32,000 nucleotides of DNA from Synechococcus sp. A15-24 (GTDB lineage Bacteria > Cyanobacteriota > Cyanobacteriia > PCC-6307 > Cyanobiaceae): NCBI RefSeq assembly GCF_014280195.1, contig NZ_CP047960.1:2273374-2305373 (forward strand), read 5' to 3'. Below the pieces are notes generated by a model. That model saw nothing but the letters and a program-made list of their open reading frames with translations, searched no databases and had not been told where the DNA came from. A program made the position numbers and the translations under genes. This document shows, one piece after another, positions 18,208-26,371 of this stretch (its first letter is position 1; each line of letters opens with the position of its first letter).

Positions 18208-18365
18208 TGGACGAACTGCTCACCAAAACAGCAGACCTGCTCTCCGCTGCCGCCGCTGATCCAGACCGTGTGCTGCGCTGGGTGTTGATTTACTTCGGCA
18301 TCTCATCCCTGGGCTTCATCGCCGTCTGGTTGATTGGTGAGATCCGCCGTCAAAGCCGCCAATGA
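18207..18365 (+). CDS. Unlisted 52-codon ORF encoding a single-pass membrane peptide
   Basis: Hand translation gives MDELLTKTADLLSAAAADPDRVLRWVLIYFGISSLGFIAVWLIGEIRRQSRQ. Its ATG overlaps the upstream TGA (TGATG at 18205..18209), and its TGA overlaps the purT ATG (ATGA at 18362..18365). Third-position GC is high, as in flanking genes. It falls below the 60-aa cut-off of the supplied track. Confidence 0.45.
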   Translation: MDELLTKTADLLSAAAADPDRVLRWVLIYFGISSLGFIAVWLIGEIRRQSRQ

Positions 18366-19528
18366 CCCAATTTCCCAAGACGGTGATGCTGCTGGGCAGC
18401 GGCGAACTGGGGAAGGAGGTGGCCATCGCCGCCCAGCGCCTCGGCTGCCATGTGATCGCCTGTGATCGCTACGCCGATGCTCCCGCGATGCAGGTGGCCG
18501 ATCAGGCGGAAGTTCTGGCAATGACGGACACCGACGCGTTGTTGGCAACAGTTCGTCGCCACCGCCCTGATGTGGTGATCCCCGAGATTGAAGCGCTGGC
18601 GTTGTCAGCTCTGGCGGAACTGGAGCAGGACGGAATCACAGTGATTCCCACCGCGCGGGCCACTGCAGTGACGATGAACCGTGATCGGATCCGCGATCTC
18701 GCCGCCGGCGAACTCGCTCTGCGGACGGCGCGTTTCGCCTACGCCGCCAGCGCGGAAGAACTGCGAGCCGAAGCTACTGCCCTCGGCTGGCCCGTGGTGG
18801 TGAAACCGGTGATGAGCTCATCCGGCAAAGGTCAGAGCGTTGTGGATGGACCGGATGGTCTGAATCAGGCCTGGGAGGCTGCAATGGCCGGCGCCAGGGG
18901 AACCTCCCCCCGCGTGATCGTGGAGGAATTTCTCCGTTTCGACCTTGAAATCACCCTGCTGACCATTCGTCAGCACAACGGTGAAACCCTGTTCTGTGCC
19001 CCGATCGGCCATGAACAGGAGAACGGTGATTACCAGTGCAGTTGGCAGCCAGCGGAGCTGTCGTCCGAGCAGCTGCATCAGGCCCAGGCCATGGCCAGGA
19101 CGGTGACCCAGAACCTGGGGGGGGTTGGCCTGTTCGGTGTGGAATTCTTCCTCTGCGGCGATGAGGTGATCTTCTCGGAGCTCTCCCCACGACCGCACGA
19201 CACTGGCCTGGTGACATTGATCAGCCAGAACCTGAGCGAATTCGAGCTGCACCTGCGTGCGGTTCTGGGCTTACCGATCCCGTCGATCACGACTGCCGAC
19301 GCAGCCGCCAGTCGTGTGATCCTCGCCCAGAACCAGATGGATGCTGTCAGCTACACGGGCGTCGACACGGCCCTGCAGGAACCCGACACCCAACTACTGC
19401 TATTCGGCAAACCCACGGCTCGCCCAGGACGTCGCATGGGGGTGGCCCTGGCCAAAGGGGAACACCTGGCAGAAGCGCGAGCCAAAGCCGATCGGGCCGC
19501 AGCCTGCGTTCAGGTGATTCAGCGCTGA
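18362..19528 (+). CDS. purT: Formate-dependent phosphoribosylglycinamide formyltransferase (GAR transformylase 2)
   Basis: 388 aa. TVMLLGSGELGKEVAIAAQRLG, an ATP-grasp core (VVKPVMSSSGKGQS) and SPRPHDTG match PurT. Confidence 0.95.
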   Translation: MTQFPKTVMLLGSGELGKEVAIAAQRLGCHVIACDRYADAPAMQVADQAEVLAMTDTDALLATVRRHRPDVVIPEIEALALSALAELEQDGITVIPTARATAVTMNRDRIRDLAAGELALRTARFAYAASAEELRAEATALGWPVVVKPVMSSSGKGQSVVDGPDGLNQAWEAAMAGARGTSPRVIVEEFLRFDLEITLLTIRQHNGETLFCAPIGHEQENGDYQCSWQPAELSSEQLHQAQAMARTVTQNLGGVGLFGVEFFLCGDEVIFSELSPRPHDTGLVTLISQNLSEFELHLRAVLGLPIPSITTADAAASRVILAQNQMDAVSYTGVDTALQEPDTQLLLFGKPTARPGRRMGVALAKGEHLAEARAKADRAAACVQVIQR

Positions 19529-21660
19529 CTGGGAAACCGGTAATGACTCAATCCATCCAGCACGGCCGCAAGGCTGGGGCGACCTGAGAACAGCACCCGT
19601 TTCTGTTGGGGATGGCGTACGAGGCAGGGATCATGGTCCGCCGGTACCACCGTGGCCGGTAGCCCCCGGAGCAACTCACCATCACCCTGCTGACTGGCCA
19701 TCACCATCACCCTCTCGAGGGGCAGCTGCCAGTGCAGAGCGAGGTGACGGATCGCCTCACTACGGGACGCCAGCCGAGGAAGAACATCTAAATACCAGTG
19801 GCAGCGCCGTTGAGGCCGAGCCGACAGCCCCTCCCGCCTCAGCCGCTGACGCACGTGGCTTAACACCGATTCATCCGGCTGACGTTGCAGGTAACTCAGC
19901 TTCCAGGGCCCCTGATGCTCTTCGCTCTGGGGTTCTAAAAGGTCGTAGAGATCCTCCATCACAGCCTCCACGGAGTCACGCTGCCAATCGGCATCGATGT
20001 TCTGCTCCCAGATGCGATCGGGCTGGAGATCCTCGCCCAGGTGAATCTCACTGCCTGCCCGGCTGATCCAGACCAACGGCGACGGCAGATGCAGATCGCC
20101 GTAGCGCTGCCGCGCCGCCGCCAATGATCGACCGGTCAGGATTCCCAAGCCGTAGCGCTGACCATCGTGTTCCAGCTGTCTGCGCAAGGCAATGAGCGAC
20201 GGGCCGTCGGGACAATCGAGGGTGCTTTCGAGATCGAGCAACAGCAGATGATCCGGTCGATGCACTGGGGCCGGCGAACCCTGAAGCCTTGAACCCCCAG
20301 ATGGCAGCTGATGCAGATGGGCTTGCATCAGTCCCAGGTAGCGGCAGACATGGGCATCCCAGCTGAAATGTCGTGACACCGCCTCCACACCGTTATCGCT
20401 CCAGCGCCGCCAGCGACTGGCATCCTTGCCAGCCCGCTCGAGCGCCTCCTGCAACGCTCCGGCATCGGTCACATCCACCAACAGGCCGTTCTCACAGCGG
20501 GCCTGAATATCGCGAGGACCACCGTCATCGGTGGCGACCATCGGCAGACCACAGGCCGCGGCCTCCAGCAGCGTGAGACCGAACGGTTCCGTCAGCGCAG
20601 GGTTGACGAACAGACCTCCCCGTTGGGCTGCCCAGCGGTAGAAGGCCGGCACCTGCGAGCGGCGATGCTGTTTCGGGTAGGCGACCGAGCCATAGAGGTT
20701 GTAACGATCGACGAGATCGAACACCTGCTGGAACACATCCCGTTGCTGCCTCTCCATCTGTCGGGGATCCTCACGGCACCCCAGCACCAGCACGAGGTTG
20801 TGGCGGTCCCGCAGCACCGATGAGGATCCGAAGGCCTCCAACAGAGCTGGGATGTTCTTTCGGCGGACAGCACGGGAAATCGCCAACAACGGTGGCTTGC
20901 GGGGATCGCGAAGAAAGGGGCTGAGCAACTGATCCAGAGCCTCCCCTTCAGCGGCGGGGGAAACGGGGTGAAAGCGTCCGGCATCCACGCCGGGCGCGAT
21001 CACCTGAGCGCGATCACGACGGAACTGGGCGTAGCGGGCGTATTGCAGGTCTGCTTCCTGCTGCGTGCTGGTGATCACCAGATCCGCCTGGGTGAGTGCC
21101 TGCTCCTCCGCTTCAATGCGACGGCTCATGGCGTAGGCCTGTTCGATCTGTTGACGATCGCCACCGCCGGCGAGAAGACGGCGTTGCTTTTCGCGGCCGA
21201 GGGAATGACCGGTGAACACCAGGGGTAAACCAAGCCGTTGGCTCACCAGAGCCCCGACAAAACCGGCATCGGCGTAATGGGCGTGAATCCAATCCACCTC
21301 GTGGCCGGGCTGGGTGAGGTGATGCACCAGCTGATCGGCAAGATCTTCAAGGTGCGGCCAAAGCTGTTCCTTGCGCAGATAACGCTTCGGACCAAACGGA
21401 AAGCGCAGGATTCGAGCACCGGGAGCAATCATCTCGAGTGGGCGCTCATAGTCCGCAGCAACCCGACGGTCCTGCACAAGGCGTGTCACCACATCGACCC
21501 GTTCAACCTCGGGACGCTGGGCCAGGCTGCGCACCAGATCCAGCACGTAGAGGGTCTGGCCGCCGGTGTCCGCATCACGACCAAGCTCCAGATCCCGGGA
21601 ACGGAACAGACCGTGCAAGTGCAGATGAAGGACGCGGACACCCCTTCCCATGACTGCCAT
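19519..21660 (-). CDS. sps: Sucrose-phosphate synthase, two-domain (glycosyltransferase plus C-terminal SPP/HAD-like domain)
   Basis: VLHLHLHGLFRSRDLELGRDADTGGQTLYV, EPFGLTLLEAAACGLP (GT-B) and a C-terminal HAD-like domain with DLEST. The track start at 21684 is TTG. ATG 21660 or ATG 21651 (AAGGGA 8 nt upstream) is more likely. Confidence 0.9.
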   Translation of the reverse strand: MAVMGRGVRVLHLHLHGLFRSRDLELGRDADTGGQTLYVLDLVRSLAQRPEVERVDVVTRLVQDRRVAADYERPLEMIAPGARILRFPFGPKRYLRKEQLWPHLEDLADQLVHHLTQPGHEVDWIHAHYADAGFVGALVSQRLGLPLVFTGHSLGREKQRRLLAGGGDRQQIEQAYAMSRRIEAEEQALTQADLVITSTQQEADLQYARYAQFRRDRAQVIAPGVDAGRFHPVSPAAEGEALDQLLSPFLRDPRKPPLLAISRAVRRKNIPALLEAFGSSSVLRDRHNLVLVLGCREDPRQMERQQRDVFQQVFDLVDRYNLYGSVAYPKQHRRSQVPAFYRWAAQRGGLFVNPALTEPFGLTLLEAAACGLPMVATDDGGPRDIQARCENGLLVDVTDAGALQEALERAGKDASRWRRWSDNGVEAVSRHFSWDAHVCRYLGLMQAHLHQLPSGGSRLQGSPAPVHRPDHLLLLDLESTLDCPDGPSLIALRRQLEHDGQRYGLGILTGRSLAAARQRYGDLHLPSPLVWISRAGSEIHLGEDLQPDRIWEQNIDADWQRDSVEAVMEDLYDLLEPQSEEHQGPWKLSYLQRQPDESVLSHVRQRLRREGLSARPQRRCHWYLDVLPRLASRSEAIRHLALHWQLPLERVMVMASQQGDGELLRGLPATVVPADHDPCLVRHPQQKRVLFSGRPSLAAVLDGLSHYRFPSQR

Positions 21661-21684
21661 CCCTTCAAACAACAGCGGAATCAA

Positions 21685-21856
21685 GCGACTCCGTTGATTT
21701 GTCTTTAGGGAGAAAAAACGAACTGAAAGTTGAAAAAAACGTTAGGGATGATCGTTTTGGAGCGACCTGATTCAGCCAAAACAGTGATGAACACTGACTA
21801 TCAGCAACCGCTTCTCAACGGCTCAATGGAGAATCAATTGTGAAGAACAAGCAATG
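21685..21856 (-). promoter_or_regulatory. AT-rich spacer: presumed sps promoter/5' leader plus 3' end of the hydrolase transcript
   Basis: Clearly lower GC than the flanks by eye. It contains TTAGGGA twice (21705..21711, 21742..21748), each abutting an A6-7CG tract, and the inverted repeat GTTTTGG/CCAAAAC (21754..21784). Confidence 0.4.
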
Positions 21857-23353
21857 TCAGAGCTTATTGCTCACATCCACCAGATCAATCTGATCATCAC
21901 CCCAGCCACCACCGCTGAAGCTGACGACTCCATTCACCCCAAGCTGCTCATTGATCCAGGCCAGCAGCACCGGTCCGACCAGAGCCGGTCGATCTTCCCC
22001 TTGAAAACTGCGCAGGCTGAAGTGGTCAGCACCCTTCACCAGCACCAGGCGATGGCCCAACTGTGCAGCCTTGGTATCGCGCATCGGGGAAATCGCCTCA
22101 GGGCCTGAAGGAACCACCCAGTCGCGGGTACCACTGATCAACAGCACCTTGGAATTGAGGCTGGTGGAACTGGAGGGTTCAAACAGCAGACGCAAGGGAG
22201 GACTGACGGCCACGACAGCCTTGACCCGCTGGTCGGCTACACCGGCCTTGTTGATGCCGCTCAACCAGCTGCACTGGAGCACCCAGCTCAGGTTGCGTTC
22301 GGGGTCTCTGAGATCACTGCAACGGCTCTTGAGCTTGCGTTCAGTCGGAACACCACCTGAAAGCTGGAGTGTTGTGGTGGCACCCCAGGAATGGCCCACC
22401 ACCGCAACAGCCTCCGTGTTCAAGCCTCGGCCCTTCAACAGACGGCCGGACTCGACGGCATCGAGCAGAGCAGAGACATCCATGGGTCGCAGACGCAGTT
22501 CCTCTGGACCTGGGGGCGGCCGATCACCGGCCAACATCGCCTTCTGTTGACTGAAATCACTGCCGGGGTGGTCCGGCAGGAGGACGGTGAAGCCCTGGGC
22601 CGCAAGCACCTCGCCCCATCCTTCAAACGATTCAGGGTCATCCCAGAGGCCATGGGAAATCACCACCAGACGGCCGTTGGCTGAGCCACTCGGCACCAGC
22701 GTCAGCACTCTGAGTGGTTGCTGACGATGGGTTACGGAAAGACGAATGACCTGACGGGTCCAGGACGACTTCAACGGAGCTCGCAACGATGGCGTGACCG
22801 TGGCGGAAGGCCCTGCCTTAGCCAGAGCCACGCCCTGCTCCTGGTTGGCTTTGAGTCGGTTCGCCGCATCAGCCACCCGAGACAGATCGATGGAGGCCTG
22901 CTCACCGGGCAGCTCCCGCAGGAAGCCGAGCACATTGGGTTGGCCATTGCGTTCAGCTCGCACCAGAGCTTCCGTCAACATCCGAACACTGGTGTCTGGA
23001 TCCACCCCCTCGAGATCAACGAGATCCGTGGCCGCAATCAAGGCCTGCTCAAGCAATGGCTGGCCGGTGGACCCTTCCAGGAAGGCCTTGGTCTCGACAG
23101 GCAACGGCGCCAGAAAAATCTTGCTGATCAGATCAAGAAGTTGTCCACCGCTCGCCGATTGGAGATCCTCAAGATCAGGGCTGGATCGAATCAGTCCTGA
23201 AGCGGAGCCAGCCTCTCCGAGGTTGATGGTGACGCTCGTCTCCAGGAACGGCATGCGCAGCACCAACCGCTCGAGCGCCTGAGCCGGTGCAGCGAACCCT
23301 GACAGTGCAAGGCCACCGAGGAAAGCAGCCCAATGGGTGCGACAACGCGTCAT
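21857..23353 (-). CDS. Secreted alpha/beta hydrolase with N-terminal DUF1400-like domain
   Basis: 498 aa with signal peptide MTRCRTHWAAFLGGLALSGFAAPAQA. The nucleophile elbow is G-H-S-W-G (VAVVGHSWGATT), with downstream SGTRDWVVP and GADHFS as candidate Asp and His. The N-terminal ~150 aa resemble the protein at 30013..30597. Confidence 0.8.
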   Translation of the reverse strand: MTRCRTHWAAFLGGLALSGFAAPAQALERLVLRMPFLETSVTINLGEAGSASGLIRSSPDLEDLQSASGGQLLDLISKIFLAPLPVETKAFLEGSTGQPLLEQALIAATDLVDLEGVDPDTSVRMLTEALVRAERNGQPNVLGFLRELPGEQASIDLSRVADAANRLKANQEQGVALAKAGPSATVTPSLRAPLKSSWTRQVIRLSVTHRQQPLRVLTLVPSGSANGRLVVISHGLWDDPESFEGWGEVLAAQGFTVLLPDHPGSDFSQQKAMLAGDRPPPGPEELRLRPMDVSALLDAVESGRLLKGRGLNTEAVAVVGHSWGATTTLQLSGGVPTERKLKSRCSDLRDPERNLSWVLQCSWLSGINKAGVADQRVKAVVAVSPPLRLLFEPSSSTSLNSKVLLISGTRDWVVPSGPEAISPMRDTKAAQLGHRLVLVKGADHFSLRSFQGEDRPALVGPVLLAWINEQLGVNGVVSFSGGGWGDDQIDLVDVSNKL

Positions 23354-26325
23354 CAGGCAGCGATCAAGGGGATCTCAGGCGGATGCTGCTCCAAAACACG
23401 GCTCAGGTAACGGCCCGTGTGACTAGTTGGATGCTGGGCCACCTCTTCCGGAGTCCCGGTCACCAGAAGCTCTCCACCCTTGTCGCCTCCCTCGGGTCCG
23501 AGATCAATGATCCAATCGGAACAGCGAATCACATCCAGATTGTGCTCGATACAGATAATCGAATTGCCCTTATCAACAAGGCGCTGCATCACATCCATCA
23601 ATTTGTGGACGTCGTAAAAACTCAGACCCGTGGTGGGTTCATCAATCAGATAAAGGGTTTTCCCAGTCGCCCTGCGTGACAACTCCGTCGCCAACTTCAC
23701 CCGCTGCGCTTCTCCACCAGAGAGGGTTGGAGCCGGCTGGCCAAGCTTCACGTAACCGAGACCGACATCCACCAACGTGCGCAATCGATCCGCAGCCTGA
23801 GGAATCGCGTCGAACACTTCGGCGGCTTGCTCCACCGTCATTTGCAGCACATCGGCAATGGTGTGCCCCTTGTATTTCACCTGCAACGTTTCCCGGTTGA
23901 AACGTGCTCCCTTACAGACGTCGCACTGGACGTAGACATCAGGCAGGAAATTCATCTCGATCACGTTCACGCCCTGGCCGCGGCAAGCCTCACAGCGACC
24001 GCCCTTCACGTTGAAGCTGAATTGCCCCACCTGATAGCCGCGGGCCTTGGCCTCAACCGTTGCAGCAAACACCTGACGGATCGGATCGAAAGCACCGGTG
24101 TAGGTGGCGGGATTGGAGCGTGGCGTGCGACCGATCGGTGACTGGTCAATCACGATCACCTTGTCGATTGACTTCAACCCCCGCAATTCACCGAGTCCCT
24201 GCGGAAAGGGAACTTTCATTCCCAGGCCGTTTTCCAGTGCAGGGTGGAGCAATTCATTCACCAAGGTGCTCTTGCCGCTGCCGCTCACCCCGGTGACGGA
24301 CACCAGCCGACCGAGGGGAAACTCCACACTGACGTTCTTGAGGTTGTTGCGGTTGCAATCGAGCAACTTGAGCGAACGGGTGCCGCTCTTGCGTCGTTCC
24401 GCCGGTGTCGGAATCGAGCGGCGACCGCTGAGGTAGGCACCGGTCAGCGACGCTTCGCTGTTTATCAGATCTTCGAAACTGCCTTCCGCCACGATGTGGC
24501 CCCCATGCACGCCCGCGCCAGGGCCGATGTCCACCACGTGATCGGCGGCACGGATGGTGTCTTCGTCGTGCTCCACCACCACCAGCGTGTTGCCCAGGTC
24601 TCTCAGGCGCACGAGGGTGTTCAGCAAACGATCGTTGTCCCGCTGGTGCAGACCGATGCTCGGCTCATCGAGCACATACAGAACACCGGTGAGACCGGCA
24701 CCGATCTGAGTGGCCAGACGAATCCGCTGCGCTTCTCCACCGGACAGCGTCATCGCCGGCCGATCCAGGCTCAGGTAGTCGAGCCCCACATCCAACAGGA
24801 ACTTCAACCTCAGCCGGATCTCCCGCAGCACCAGATCACCGATCTGAATCTGGCGATCATTCAGCAATGGGTTGGCCCCCTCATGGCTGCCAACACCCAT
24901 CAACTGCTCGATGCGGTCAAGGGTCTGACCAACGCTGACGGCCGTGAGCTCAGGAATGCAGAAAGGGCCCACCTTCACGGCGAGGGCTTCCGGCCGCAGC
25001 CGCTGACCGGCGCAGGCCTCGCACGGGACCAACTCAAGAAATTTCTCCAGCTTCTGACGCTGCGCCTCTCCGCTGGCGTCACGCAGCTGACGCTCAAGAA
25101 TCGGCAGGATTCCCTCAAAAGGCCGGTTGTAGCCCGCCTTGCCCTTGCGGTAACGGCTATCAGCCTGGATCAGGATCGGATCACGACTGCCGTGCAGCAA
25201 CACATCACGTTGCTCATCGGTGAGCTGGTTCCATGGAGTCTTGATCTCGAAGCCAAAGGCCTCTCCCACGGAGTAGAGCAAGGAGAAGTAATAGCTGTTG
25301 TCCTTTTCCGCCCAGGGAGCAACCGCCGAATACACCGGCTGAGTGGGATCTGGAATGACACGATCCACGGTGAATTTCCGCAGATGACCGATGCCGTGGC
25401 AGACCTCACAAGCCCCATAGGGGCTGTTGAACGAGAACAACCTCGGGGACAACTCCTCCATGACCGCTCCATGGACCGGGCAAGCAAATTTTTCGGAATA
25501 AAGGCGCTCTCGCTCCACACCATCGGGGAGCTCCTCTCCCTTCTTAGGCACAACTTCAACCAGAGCGAGTCCATCCCCCCGTTTGAGAACAGTGCGCAGT
25601 GAGTCAGTGAGACGTTCCTGAATGCCGTCGCGGGCCACCAGCCGATCCACCACCACTTCGATGTTGTGGCTGTGGTTCTTGTCCAGCTCGATGTTGTCCG
25701 CCAGCTCGCGGACCTCGCCATCGATGCGCACCCGAGCGAAGCCCTCAGCAGCGAGGCCGCTGATCATCTTGGTGTGGGTGCCCTTCTTGCCCCGAACCAC
25801 GGGAGCCAGCAGCTGATAGCGGGTGCCCTCCGGCAGCAACAGGATCTGATCGACCATCTCGTCGATACTCTGAGGACGGATCGAGCGCTCACACTGCGGG
25901 CAATGGGGCTCACCAGCGCGGCCGAACAACAGGCGCAGGTAGTCCTGGATTTCCGTGACCGTTCCGACGGTGGAGCGGGGGTTGTGACTGGTGGATTTCT
26001 GATCGATCGAAATCGCAGGAGACAGCCCCTCAATGGCGTCCACATCTGGCTTATCCACCTGACCCAAGAACTGTCGGGCGTAGGCGGACAGACTCTCGAC
26101 GTAGCGGCGCTGACCTTCCGCAAAAATCGTGTCAAAAGCGAGAGAGCTCTTGCCGCTGCCACTCACGCCGGTGAACACCACCAGCTTGTTGCGGGGAATG
26201 GTGACGTCGACGTTTTTAAGGTTGTGCTGGCGAGCGCCACGCACTCGGATCACATCCTCCAGGCTGCCGCCGGACAGATTCATGGGAGCCGATCGATCCG
26301 TGCTCTTGGCAGCAGCTCGCACCAT
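23353..26325 (-). CDS. uvrA: Excinuclease ABC subunit A
   Basis: 990 aa with two ABC modules (Walker A GVSGSGKSS and GVSGSGKST, LSGGEAQR signatures) and CxxC zinc modules. RVRGARQHNLKNVDV matches E. coli EVRGARTHNLKNINL. An alternative start is ATG 26283 (MNLSGG). Confidence 0.97.
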   Translation of the reverse strand: MVRAAAKSTDRSAPMNLSGGSLEDVIRVRGARQHNLKNVDVTIPRNKLVVFTGVSGSGKSSLAFDTIFAEGQRRYVESLSAYARQFLGQVDKPDVDAIEGLSPAISIDQKSTSHNPRSTVGTVTEIQDYLRLLFGRAGEPHCPQCERSIRPQSIDEMVDQILLLPEGTRYQLLAPVVRGKKGTHTKMISGLAAEGFARVRIDGEVRELADNIELDKNHSHNIEVVVDRLVARDGIQERLTDSLRTVLKRGDGLALVEVVPKKGEELPDGVERERLYSEKFACPVHGAVMEELSPRLFSFNSPYGACEVCHGIGHLRKFTVDRVIPDPTQPVYSAVAPWAEKDNSYYFSLLYSVGEAFGFEIKTPWNQLTDEQRDVLLHGSRDPILIQADSRYRKGKAGYNRPFEGILPILERQLRDASGEAQRQKLEKFLELVPCEACAGQRLRPEALAVKVGPFCIPELTAVSVGQTLDRIEQLMGVGSHEGANPLLNDRQIQIGDLVLREIRLRLKFLLDVGLDYLSLDRPAMTLSGGEAQRIRLATQIGAGLTGVLYVLDEPSIGLHQRDNDRLLNTLVRLRDLGNTLVVVEHDEDTIRAADHVVDIGPGAGVHGGHIVAEGSFEDLINSEASLTGAYLSGRRSIPTPAERRKSGTRSLKLLDCNRNNLKNVSVEFPLGRLVSVTGVSGSGKSTLVNELLHPALENGLGMKVPFPQGLGELRGLKSIDKVIVIDQSPIGRTPRSNPATYTGAFDPIRQVFAATVEAKARGYQVGQFSFNVKGGRCEACRGQGVNVIEMNFLPDVYVQCDVCKGARFNRETLQVKYKGHTIADVLQMTVEQAAEVFDAIPQAADRLRTLVDVGLGYVKLGQPAPTLSGGEAQRVKLATELSRRATGKTLYLIDEPTTGLSFYDVHKLMDVMQRLVDKGNSIICIEHNLDVIRCSDWIIDLGPEGGDKGGELLVTGTPEEVAQHPTSHTGRYLSRVLEQHPPEIPLIAA

Positions 26326-26357
26326 CGGGCCCAGATCGAAAGCACATGAGCTTAAGA

Positions 26358-26371
26358 AGAACTGCTGAACT
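26358..26371 (-). promoter_or_regulatory. LexA-box-like direct repeat upstream of uvrA (weak candidate)
   Basis: The minus strand reads AGTTCAGCAGTTCT against the cyanobacterial LexA consensus RGTACNNNDGTWCB, with one mismatch. It lies in the 45-bp recN-uvrA spacer and overlaps the recN stop. Confidence 0.2.

Noticed and set aside
24244-25602. 452-aa ORF antisense to uvrA. Similar antisense or alternative-frame ORFs occur at 831..1745 and 1863..2396 (acnB), 4483..5388 (radical SAM), 7201..8058 (purU), 15205..16257 (argG), 20373..21708 (sps), 22071..23282 (hydrolase), 25666..26349 (uvrA), 28753..29745 (ABC1) and 30724..31905 (thrC)
   Set aside because: Each is embedded in a gene with unambiguous family motifs on the other strand or frame. 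Their translations are Arg/Gly/His/Gln-rich and motif-free, so they are high-GC artefacts.
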